A DNA stretch of 64,000 nt from a virus. A program made the position numbers and the translations under genes. Location: positions 1 through 64,000 of the IMG/VR virus record IMGVR_UViG_3300037296_000046, one strand, 5' to 3'. A model generated the notes under the pieces. That model searched no databases and was not told the origin of the DNA. It worked only from the letters and a program-made list of their open reading frames with translations. This document shows, one piece after another, positions 28,823-37,126 of this stretch; position 1 is the stretch's first letter; every line of letters begins with the position of its first letter.

Positions 28823-29378
28823 AATCACAGTTATTTTCGTCAATGGTAAACCTAAAGCTGGTAAAGATTCCTTTATCAATTTGATGGGATTCCATCTTGA
28901 TGAGTTGAATATTCCTCATCGGTCTTTCAGTAGTATTGATCCTATTCGTGATATGTTAGCGAATGTTGGTGCAAATGTTACCCAAAAAACAACTGCTGAT
29001 CGCGATCTGATGAGTGTCATTGGTGATCTTCTTGAAGATCATTCTAATATTCGTAGCAAAAGTTGCTTAAAAGCCATTATTTCTACAGCAAGTAATGGTA
29101 TTCTCACTGATCGTAATATTGTCTTGTTCCTTCATGTACGGGAGCCAAAGATTATCAATAAAATCAAGGCTCTAACTGCGGAAGAATTCAAGGATACAAA
29201 TACTGTAGTTAATTTTGTATCTATCTTGATCCAATCCTATCGCCAAGAAAAAGGTGATAGTAATACATCTGACGCTGGTGTATTGGGTATGAGCTATGAT
29301 TATAGCATCAACAATAGTGGCACTCGTGGTGAACTATATGATGCTGCAATTCATATGGTTGAACAACTGCAACTCTAA
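28806..29378 (+). CDS. Putative P-loop nucleotide (dNMP) kinase
   Basis: NGKPKAGKDS P-loop at N-terminus, FLHVREP, N.SD...YDY.INN.GT. Confidence 0.65.
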   Translation: MSGMSEITVIFVNGKPKAGKDSFINLMGFHLDELNIPHRSFSSIDPIRDMLANVGANVTQKTTADRDLMSVIGDLLEDHSNIRSKSCLKAIISTASNGILTDRNIVLFLHVREPKIINKIKALTAEEFKDTNTVVNFVSILIQSYRQEKGDSNTSDAGVLGMSYDYSINNSGTRGELYDAAIHMVEQLQL

Positions 29379-29435
29379 CTGTTCGTTTTTTGGGTTTTAA
29401 TAATTCAGAAATATCAACTTGAAAAGGAATTGGCT

Positions 29436-30239
29436 ATGCGCCTTTCATTCATCTCCTACGCTACTGTCGCTATCTTTGCGATTGCAAGCTCTGCCTTCGC
29501 TGCTGATCTGTCCATTGCTACTGGTAAGGAGGGCGGTGGATATGACGCTGCTGCCCGTACTGCTGCTACCAAGCTGGCTCAACGTGGTAATGTCGTGGAA
29601 GTCATCAACCTGAATGGCTCTGACGAAATCACTCTGGCTGTCTGCTCTGGTCGTGCCACTGCTGGTTACACCCAGATTGATGCTATGGATGCTCGTGCCA
29701 AAGAAGGCTGCAACCTGCGTCCACTGTCGAACTATGGTAACGGCGAATATGCTGTGATCCTGTTTCCACCTGACAGTGATCTTGATGCTCTGGATGACCT
29801 GACATCTGCGAACTCTGTGCTGGTCGATACAATCGGCTCTGGTACTTCCCTGTTCTGGGACACCATTGTGCGTATCGAAAAGACTGAAGGCTCTGGTGAT
29901 CCATGGTCTGAAGCCTCTGCTATCAACGATCCCTTGTCTATGGCTGAGCCATTGGCTAACTTCGGTGACATCGACGCTGTGATCATGGTCCGTACAGAGA
30001 CAAGCCCTGACATCGCCAATCTGGTTAGCCGTGGTTGGAAGATGGGTGAACTCTGGGACCGTCAGATTGACGATTACGAATTCAATGGCAAGCCGTTGTA
30101 TGAAGTCAGCAAGAAGGCTTTCACCATCAACAGCCGCAAGACAACTGCCTACACCTACAAGGTGCTCAGCTTTGCTGTGACCACCGAAGCCACGTCCCGT
30201 GACCGCGAACTATTCGCTATGCTCGCAGGGGCCATGTAA
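29436..30239 (+). CDS. Secreted TAXI-family (TRAP transporter) solute-binding-like protein
   Basis: Signal peptide ending AFA; IATG..GG.Y, GS.E...V..G.A..G.TQ.D, GSGT motifs of the TAXI/PBP2 fold. Confidence 0.8.
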   Translation: MRLSFISYATVAIFAIASSAFAADLSIATGKEGGGYDAAARTAATKLAQRGNVVEVINLNGSDEITLAVCSGRATAGYTQIDAMDARAKEGCNLRPLSNYGNGEYAVILFPPDSDLDALDDLTSANSVLVDTIGSGTSLFWDTIVRIEKTEGSGDPWSEASAINDPLSMAEPLANFGDIDAVIMVRTETSPDIANLVSRGWKMGELWDRQIDDYEFNGKPLYEVSKKAFTINSRKTTAYTYKVLSFAVTTEATSRDRELFAMLAGAM

Positions 30240-30277
30240 CTGCCAGAAGATCATACTGCCCTTTGATCTTCCACCTG

Positions 30278-30311
30278 AACCCCTTGGCTCTAGTAGCTAA
30301 GGGGTTTTTTT
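30278..30311 (+). terminator. Rho-independent terminator
   Basis: AACCCCTTGGCT-CTAGT-AGCTAAGGGGTTTTTTT. Confidence 0.8.
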
Positions 30312-30332
30312 ATTTGAAAAAGGAGTAGACCC

Positions 30333-32699
30333 ATGGAGGTCATTCACCACGAACAGTCAGATACCCATGTTGTTATGGGTGGCAAGAAAGTCCGTTCCTT
30401 CGGTATTTCCAACAACTCGACATTCATTACAATGTTGTCTGAGGGTCTATACTCTGACAAAGAATTAGCCGTTGTCCGTGAGGTCATGTGTAACGGTTGG
30501 GATATTCACATCAATACAAAGCGTGAAGCTACACCTATGAAGGTGACTGTTGATGAAAAAAAGATGGTCTTCCGTGATTACGGTACAGGCATCCACGACA
30601 ACATGATGGAACAGGTCTACTGTATCTATGGTAACTCTACCAAAGCTCACAACGGTGAGGAAAACGGTGGATTTGGCCTAGGTTCTAAGGCTCCATTCGC
30701 CTATTCCACACACTTTACTGTCACCTCATTCCATGAAGGTGTGAAGACTGTGTACGGTATCTCTCGTGGCTCCTTGGAGACAGAGAATAAGCCTGACATC
30801 CGAACCATGGTGTCTGTGCCTACCACTGAGACTGGCCTTGAGGTTTCTATCCCTCTAAAGACACCTCGTGATTCCCACCAATTCGTCCAACTGATCCGTG
30901 CTATTGCATTTCTGGGTCAGATGAATGTCGAAGTAAACGGTATCATTGCTGATAAGCTGGATGCAGATTTTGATAAGAACCATGTCAAAATGCTCACCCA
31001 GAATGAAGATAACATCCGTCGTCTTCAGATGCGTGAGGACATGTATATTCGTTATGGAACAGTGGTTTACCCTCTGGTTTCCCATGAGGAATATCAGGAT
31101 GAGTACGATCAACTTCGTCGTATCCTACCCAACCGTAACTACAGTGATTCTAAGTGCTTTATCATCCAAGCACAGCCTAACACCATTGCTGTGACACCTA
31201 CACGAGAGACGCTCTCTTATACGAACCAGACCAAGGCCAGCATTAAAGGTCTTCTTCAGAAGGCTATTGATGGTTTCAATGCTGTTGCACCTGAAGCATA
31301 CAAGGCATTGGTCAATGGTATTATCTCAGAGTATTCTGATCTGCAAATGCCTGACGATGATCTATTTGAAATGATTGGTCGTAGTGAGCCTGTTGGTGAT
31401 TCAGGTACTATTCGTAGTTATTTGGATGCTCTGAGTTCTTCACCTGTAGATATTATGCAGAACTACTTGTACTACAACAAAAAGTACAAAGAGATTTCTC
31501 ATGCCAGCTATCAGAGTGTAGAAGAACGGAATAAAATCCATAAAGATGCTATCTACAAATTCTTTCCCAATCACAAAGTGTTCTGGGACATGCTCTTTGC
31601 AGACGAGATTACTCTCCGTAGTAAACGTGATTGTATTCTTTGCTGGAACTGGAAGATGTACTACGATCTGGAAGGTGCTATCGGACCTGACAATATGAAA
31701 TTCCTTCATCGCTTTAGCGGTGGATACCACAATACGTTTGATCCGATGCAAACCCCTGATCAAATCAAAAAAGAATTCATGAATCATGTTCTGAATTTCA
31801 CTCAGTTTGAAGTAGGTTTCAGTCAGAAAGCTATTTCTGAAAATTCTGGTCGATATGAAAACAAGTCTGACTTCTGCTTTATTCCTAATCGGAAAAAAGA
31901 TGTTGGTGCTGATCTTGTTAGTAAACTACGTTTCGTAGGATTGGATGTTAAAGACCACCTTCAGTACACAACCTATGTACCGAAAGACCCCAATGCTAAG
32001 AAGCGACCCAAGGGCTACACCTTGCTCACTGAGGTCGTCCGTGGTGGTGATTATTGCCAAGGAAACCTAGGAAACTATGACCTAAAACGGTCTGAGACTG
32101 CCCCTGCTATCTTCAACGAAGCCACCTACAGTCATGAACGGATTATAGACAGCCTACGGGGTATTGATCTGAAGCATGTGACCCAATTGGTTCCAGATGC
32201 AGTCATTGTTTCTAGTCCTACTACTGCCCAAAATGCTATTGAAAAAAGCAATGGCACAATGCGTAGTGGTCAAGAGGTTCTCTGGGAGCGTATTGCTAAT
32301 TTGTATGTTAAGTATCCAGTTCTTGCTGAGCACTTTGCATATAAGGAATTGTCTGGTAGCATCATGTTCGATAGACTTCAGCGAATTGCTGAGTTCGATC
32401 CAGTGATTGCTGCCTACATTGGCTCTAAGTTCCCCGATGACAAAGACTATAATGCAGCCCTGTATCTAATTTGCCACTTTGTTAATCGGTACTCTATGGA
32501 TATACCCCATAGTGCTGCTCTGTTCCTTCGTGAATTCAAACGTGATTCTGGTAAAGCTGCTAGTGATAATCAGGTTATCAAGAAGGTATCAGGCAACATT
32601 CTTCTTGGCTCGTTGGATTTGTCTAAAATCTACACTGCTGTTCGTAACCAAAGTGAGCAATGTGACGACATGTTAGCAATGCTTCACCTCACCCTCTAA
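30333..32699 (+). CDS. rIIA: rIIA-like protein (GHKL ATPase N-terminus)
   Basis: LYSDKELAVVRE.MCNGWD, DYGTGI, Y..Y.NSTK, GGFGLGSKAPFAY. Confidence 0.9.
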   Translation: MEVIHHEQSDTHVVMGGKKVRSFGISNNSTFITMLSEGLYSDKELAVVREVMCNGWDIHINTKREATPMKVTVDEKKMVFRDYGTGIHDNMMEQVYCIYGNSTKAHNGEENGGFGLGSKAPFAYSTHFTVTSFHEGVKTVYGISRGSLETENKPDIRTMVSVPTTETGLEVSIPLKTPRDSHQFVQLIRAIAFLGQMNVEVNGIIADKLDADFDKNHVKMLTQNEDNIRRLQMREDMYIRYGTVVYPLVSHEEYQDEYDQLRRILPNRNYSDSKCFIIQAQPNTIAVTPTRETLSYTNQTKASIKGLLQKAIDGFNAVAPEAYKALVNGIISEYSDLQMPDDDLFEMIGRSEPVGDSGTIRSYLDALSSSPVDIMQNYLYYNKKYKEISHASYQSVEERNKIHKDAIYKFFPNHKVFWDMLFADEITLRSKRDCILCWNWKMYYDLEGAIGPDNMKFLHRFSGGYHNTFDPMQTPDQIKKEFMNHVLNFTQFEVGFSQKAISENSGRYENKSDFCFIPNRKKDVGADLVSKLRFVGLDVKDHLQYTTYVPKDPNAKKRPKGYTLLTEVVRGGDYCQGNLGNYDLKRSETAPAIFNEATYSHERIIDSLRGIDLKHVTQLVPDAVIVSSPTTAQNAIEKSNGTMRSGQEVLWERIANLYVKYPVLAEHFAYKELSGSIMFDRLQRIAEFDPVIAAYIGSKFPDDKDYNAALYLICHFVNRYSMDIPHSAALFLREFKRDSGKAASDNQVIKKVSGNILLGSLDLSKIYTAVRNQSEQCDDMLAMLHLTL

Positions 32700-32710
32700 G
32701 GAAAGACACT

Positions 32711-34237
32711 ATGCCAAAACTAATAATCGTTGCTGCAATTGCCGATGTGGATAACATCGTGCTGTATTGCAAAGACGGTGAAACGCATACTATCAACTCT
32801 GCGGATTACCGTACAAAGGCAATCATGGACAAAGTGATGCCTGCGATCAATAACAACAAATCTGTTGAGATTGAGATTGATGACTACAACCTTCACAACG
32901 AGTTCTCGGAACGTACTGGTGGCCTCATCAAGTTCTACCGTGTGCTCAAGAAGGCAGTCCTTGGTATCTTCGACAAGACACAACCTACTATGTCTGTCGA
33001 GGAAATCGAATCCACTGGAACCACCAAAGATGTCTCTCCTCTCAAGGAAGATGAAACGGTGGTTGCTGTCGTATCTGGTAAGGCTATTCCTAACATGGAA
33101 GCCATGGATCGTCAGATTAACCATGTGGTTAAGAACAACGCCAATCCTGCTGGTATGGTACGTTTCTTGGAACGTGTTGCCTCTGTCATTGATGAACGTG
33201 GTCACTCTGTTGAAGACCTGTTGAAGTTCATCAAAGACGCTGATCTGCCGATTGCAGATGATGGAACCATGGTGGCCTACAAGTCCCTCTCGTCTACGGA
33301 TTCAGACGGTGTCTATGTGGACCTTCATTCCCATAAGGTGAAGCAAGGCGTTGGTACACGGGTCTTTATGAGCGCCAAGCTCGTTGACCCTGATCGCCGC
33401 AATGACTGCTCCAATGGTCTGCACATCGCTCGTCGTGACTACATCCGTACCTTTAGCGGTAATGTCATGGTGATCTGTAAGATTGCACCAGAAGACATCA
33501 TTGCTGTACCTAAGTACAGCCCGTCTAAGATTCGTGTATGTGGTTATGACATCGTGGCACTCTTGGACAAGAAGTCTGAGGGTATTCTGCGTAGCAGCAA
33601 TAAAGCTATGACAGATAACCCTGATGCTGCACAGCTTCTTGGTGAAATCATCGCTGGTCGTCATGCAGCTATCACTAAGACAACTGAGATTACTGCTGCT
33701 TGTGGTGGTGGTCTGATCTACAATGAGATTAAGGGTGAAAGCCAAGTCAAATTTGTGGATGACAAAGCAGAAGTTCAGGAATTGAATGAAGCTAAAAGTA
33801 ATCGTCGCTTTGCTGATATTCCTGAGCCAGAGCCATTGCCTCCTGTAGCTCCTGTGAAGGCGCTCACAGCACTTGAGGTTGACCTGATGGAGAAAGACCC
33901 AACTCTTTCACCGAAGGCTCTCCGTGAGCAGGCTGACGCTATCTTGCTGCAACGCAAAGCAGACAAGGAAGCCAAAGCTAAGGCTAAGAAGGATGCAAAC
34001 CTTCCCAAGCTGGCAAAGACTGAGCCTACCAAGAAAGCAAAGAAGGGTAAGCAAGCTGCTACGACACCTTCCAAGCCTACTGCTGCTACCAAGACGATCC
34101 CTGAACAGGCTCGTGAGTTGTTCATGGCTCAGAAATTCACTGAGTTGAACGACTTCAAAAAGAAGAAAAAGAAAAGCTGGGATTCCCTTGGCTTCTCTGT
34201 CACCGAAGAAAATCAGATCAAAGCCAAGCTCGTCTGA
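32711..34237 (+). CDS. rIIB: rIIB-like protein
   Basis: LPIADDG..VAYK, VDPDRRNDCSNGLH, PEDII.VP.Y...K.RVC.Y; follows rIIA. Confidence 0.9.
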   Translation: MPKLIIVAAIADVDNIVLYCKDGETHTINSADYRTKAIMDKVMPAINNNKSVEIEIDDYNLHNEFSERTGGLIKFYRVLKKAVLGIFDKTQPTMSVEEIESTGTTKDVSPLKEDETVVAVVSGKAIPNMEAMDRQINHVVKNNANPAGMVRFLERVASVIDERGHSVEDLLKFIKDADLPIADDGTMVAYKSLSSTDSDGVYVDLHSHKVKQGVGTRVFMSAKLVDPDRRNDCSNGLHIARRDYIRTFSGNVMVICKIAPEDIIAVPKYSPSKIRVCGYDIVALLDKKSEGILRSSNKAMTDNPDAAQLLGEIIAGRHAAITKTTEITAACGGGLIYNEIKGESQVKFVDDKAEVQELNEAKSNRRFADIPEPEPLPPVAPVKALTALEVDLMEKDPTLSPKALREQADAILLQRKADKEAKAKAKKDANLPKLAKTEPTKKAKKGKQAATTPSKPTAATKTIPEQARELFMAQKFTELNDFKKKKKKSWDSLGFSVTEENQIKAKLV

Positions 34238-34331
34238 TTAGATACCCCATTGCATATTCTGTGCGATGGGGTATTCAACAATTCCCAATTAGTGTTGGCA
34301 ATCATGTCTAACACAATTCAAGGAGAGAACC

Positions 34332-34685
34332 ATGAACGATGTCACTACTGCACCTGCTGCTTCGCCTGTCAGCCTGTCTGACCTGAAAGCTGCTCGTGAC
34401 AAACTGAACGCACGCATTGCTGAAGAAACCAAGACCAACCGCAAGAACACCGTTGCGGAAATCAAAGCTCTGGTCGAAGCCTACGACATCCCACAAGATG
34501 AACTGGTTGCTTCTGTTTTCGGCAAAGCTCGCAAAGCTAAGGGTACGGCTACCAAAGCTGAACCTAAGTATCAGAACCCTGCGGACACTGACCAGACATG
34601 GACCGGTAAGGGCCGTCAACCTGAGTGGTACAAGACTGCCATCGAAGGTGGTCAATCCCCAGAGACGATGCTGATTAGCAAGTAA
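34332..34685 (+). CDS. hns: H-NS family nucleoid-associated protein (HvrA-like)
   Basis: N-terminal coiled-coil oligomerisation region; C-terminal PKYQNP...QTWTGKGRQPEW signature; AAGGAG RBS. Confidence 0.92.
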   Translation: MNDVTTAPAASPVSLSDLKAARDKLNARIAEETKTNRKNTVAEIKALVEAYDIPQDELVASVFGKARKAKGTATKAEPKYQNPADTDQTWTGKGRQPEWYKTAIEGGQSPETMLISK

Positions 34686-34703
34686 GCTGATCACATTACA
34701 TTT

Positions 34704-34737
34704 AAGCCCTCTAGTATTCGTACTAGGGGGCTTTTTT
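34704..34737 (+). terminator. Rho-independent terminator
   Basis: AAGCCCTCTAGTA-TTCG-TACTAGGGGGCTTTTTT. Confidence 0.85.
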
Positions 34738-34789
34738 CGTCTGAGGGTATGGGGTAGGCACTAGCATCCTCCCATATATCGAGAAAAAC

Positions 34790-34981
34790 ATGCCGATAGA
34801 CTTTGCAGACTCAGCCCAAGACCTACAAGAGCTTCTGCTGAAACGGACCCTAGAGAACCAAAGTCAGAAGACCTCTGCTGCCTTTTCTGGCTTCTGCTTA
34901 TCTTGTGAAGAACCAATTGAGAATCGTCGCTTTTGTGATTCAGATTGTCGGGAGGACTTCGAGAATAAGCACAAAAAATAA
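34790..34981 (+). CDS. TraR/DksA-like C4 zinc-finger protein
   Basis: N-terminal DFADSAQ (DxxDxA) helix plus CLSC...RRFCDSDC; upstream of the helicase as in N4-like phages. Confidence 0.7.
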   Translation: MPIDFADSAQDLQELLLKRTLENQSQKTSAAFSGFCLSCEEPIENRRFCDSDCREDFENKHKK

Positions 34982-34996
34982 TTGATTGGAAAACAC

Positions 34997-36295
34997 ATGC
35001 CACTGAACTTAGGGCAGAAAAATGCCTCGACAGAGTGTCTCCAATTCCTACTGTCACCAGATAAAGAGTTTCGTATCGCTGGGCCAGCAGGAGTTGGTAA
35101 GACATTCATGTTGAAATACATCATGAATACATTGATCAAGCAGTACGAACAGACATGTAAACTTCTGGGCATCAAGCCTACTGAGTTTGACATTGCTCTT
35201 ACTGCTACGACCAACAAAGCTGCTGAGGTGCTTGCCACTTCTACAGGATACCCAACCCAAACGATCCATAGCTTTATGAATCTACGGGTATACGACGATT
35301 ACTCTAGCGGAGTATCGAAGTGCAATAAGACCCGTTCATGGCATGTCCATCGTGAGACTATCATCTTCATTGATGAAGCCTCTATGGTAGATGAGAACCT
35401 GTACAAGTTCCTCATGGAAGGTACTGATAAGACATGTAAAATCATCTACATCGGTGATCGTCACCAGTTGGCACCTGTCTTTGAGAAGGTGTCCAAGGTC
35501 TATGCTACTGATCATAACTTGGTCGAATTGACTGAGCCAGTACGCAATGCTGACCAGCCTGCGTTGATGAATCTGTGTGAGCAGTTCCGTGATACGGTTA
35601 AGACAGGGGTGTTTAAACCTATTGTCGAAGTTCCCGGAGTCATTGACTTCATTGATGATACCAAATTGGCTCAAATGTTGGATGTCACTCTGAAGCCTGA
35701 AGATGTGGATGCTCGTATCCTCATGTTCACCAATCAGCGTGTCCATGACTATAACGAATATCTTCGTGAAGTTCGTGGACATGGTAAGATGTTTGCCAAA
35801 GGTGAAATCTTGGTAAACAATGCCTCTGTGGAAATCAGTGACAAGATTCAATTGTCAGTAGAACAGCAATTCTTAGTGCTACAAGCTGACACTGATGTTC
35901 GTGAGATTGTAGTATGCCGTAACGATAGTTCTATCGTAATGGACATCTACAAGATGCGGATCACCCATGCTACAAATCCAAATGGTGAAGGCTTTGATGT
36001 CCGTATCCCATACGACATGGAACACTACAAAAAGCTGATGAACTATTTCAGCAACAACAAGATGTGGCCAGATTTCTACAACCTTAAAAACAACTTTCCT
36101 GATCTACGGATGAAGGATGCCTCGACTGTCTATAAGGCTCAAGGCTCCACCTATGAATTCGTGATCCTAGACCTAACTAACATCGGTCTATGTAAGGATG
36201 CTGAACAAACAGCACGGATGCTCTACGTTGGCGTTTCTCGTCCAACCACACGCATTTTCCTTTACGGCAAGCTACCCCCTAAGTACGCTGGCTGA
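34997..36295 (+). CDS. SF1 (Dda/RecD-like) DNA helicase
   Basis: GPAGVGKT, TIHSF, IDEASM, GD.HQLAPV, TVYKAQGST, LYVGVSR. Confidence 0.92.
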   Translation: MPLNLGQKNASTECLQFLLSPDKEFRIAGPAGVGKTFMLKYIMNTLIKQYEQTCKLLGIKPTEFDIALTATTNKAAEVLATSTGYPTQTIHSFMNLRVYDDYSSGVSKCNKTRSWHVHRETIIFIDEASMVDENLYKFLMEGTDKTCKIIYIGDRHQLAPVFEKVSKVYATDHNLVELTEPVRNADQPALMNLCEQFRDTVKTGVFKPIVEVPGVIDFIDDTKLAQMLDVTLKPEDVDARILMFTNQRVHDYNEYLREVRGHGKMFAKGEILVNNASVEISDKIQLSVEQQFLVLQADTDVREIVVCRNDSSIVMDIYKMRITHATNPNGEGFDVRIPYDMEHYKKLMNYFSNNKMWPDFYNLKNNFPDLRMKDASTVYKAQGSTYEFVILDLTNIGLCKDAEQTARMLYVGVSRPTTRIFLYGKLPPKYAG

Positions 36296-36303
36296 ACAAG
36301 TTT

Positions 36304-36377
36304 GGTTCTATAGCTCAATTGGATAGAGCTTCCGCCTCCTAAGCGGGTCTGTGTGGGTTCGAGTCCTACTAGAACCA
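36304..36377 (+). tRNA. tRNA-Arg(CCU)
   Basis: Acceptor GGTTCTA/TAGAACC, D-arm GCTC-AATTGGATA-GAGC, anticodon loop CT-CCT-AA, T-loop TTCGAGT; followed by CCG (no complete encoded CCA). Confidence 0.92.
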
Positions 36378-36379
36378 CC

Positions 36380-36580
36380 GGAGTACGCAGTGGACCTAAG
36401 TTGCCACTGTGTAAGGTCAGGAGCCACCCCCACGGGGCTTCCTGATTACACCCTGCTGTGACCCTTAGAAAAGGTTACAGCGTGGTGGGTAGAGCCTAGC
36501 TCAAGCCCACTGTAGGTGGCTGAGAAGCCGCAGAGAAGGATGAAAGACCTTCGCATCTAGGTGGAAACCCTAGAACCAAC
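36380..36580 (+). ncRNA. Putative structured non-coding RNA (seven tandem hairpins)
   Basis: GC-rich, ORF-free, almost fully base-paired; last three hairpins capped by TGAGAA, ATGAAAGA and TGGAAAC loops; ends ...ACCA. Confidence 0.55.
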
Positions 36581-36596
36581 TCATTAGGAGAGACAT

Positions 36597-37088
36597 ATGC
36601 GGACTTACATCGGCACTAAAATCATCAAAGCCAAACCCATGACACGGGCTGAATACAACACCTATCGTGGGTGGGATTTACCGGAGAATGAAAACGGCGA
36701 TGATGGTGGTTATCTCGTTGAGTACGAAGCAGCACCAAATGTTGAGACAAATCATGTCGATCATGCGGGCTATATTTCGTGGTCCCCAGATTCCGTATTT
36801 GAGGAATCTTATCGTGGTCCGGGAACCATGAACTTCGGCCATGCTTTAGAGATTCTAAAGTCTGGTGGACGCGTCAGCCGTCAAGGTTGGAACGGCAAGA
36901 ACATGTTTATCTTCTTGGTAAACGGTTCAACTTTCACCGTAAATCGTGAGCCACTGCTTTCGATCCTAGGTGAAGGAACAGAGGTCAATTACCACGGCCA
37001 TGTGGATATGAAGACCGCTGACGGCATGATCGTTCCATGGCTCTGCTCGCAAACTGATATGCTTGCAGAAGATTGGGGCATTGCCTGA
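36597..37088 (+). CDS. DUF2829/Tad2-family anti-defence sponge fused to an N-terminal YIGTK...SWSP domain
   Basis: C-half MNFGHAL..LK.G.RV.R.GWNGK.MFI...PW..SQTDMLAEDW (DUF2829); N-half YIGTKIIKA.PM...GYLVEY...YISWSP..VFE.SY; AGGAG RBS. Confidence 0.8.
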   Translation: MRTYIGTKIIKAKPMTRAEYNTYRGWDLPENENGDDGGYLVEYEAAPNVETNHVDHAGYISWSPDSVFEESYRGPGTMNFGHALEILKSGGRVSRQGWNGKNMFIFLVNGSTFTVNREPLLSILGEGTEVNYHGHVDMKTADGMIVPWLCSQTDMLAEDWGIA

Positions 37089-37126
37089 TCAATGGGGCAG
37101 CGTGTTTACACGTTGTCCCAACCTTT

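Noticed and set aside
36378-36580. Theta/HDV-like or hammerhead ribozyme, tmRNA, RNase P RNA or cobalamin riboswitch as identity of the structured RNA
   Set aside because: No P1 partner for the G after the tRNA, no CUGANGA core, no tag ORF ending in Ala-Ala, no RNase P or B12-box consensus seen
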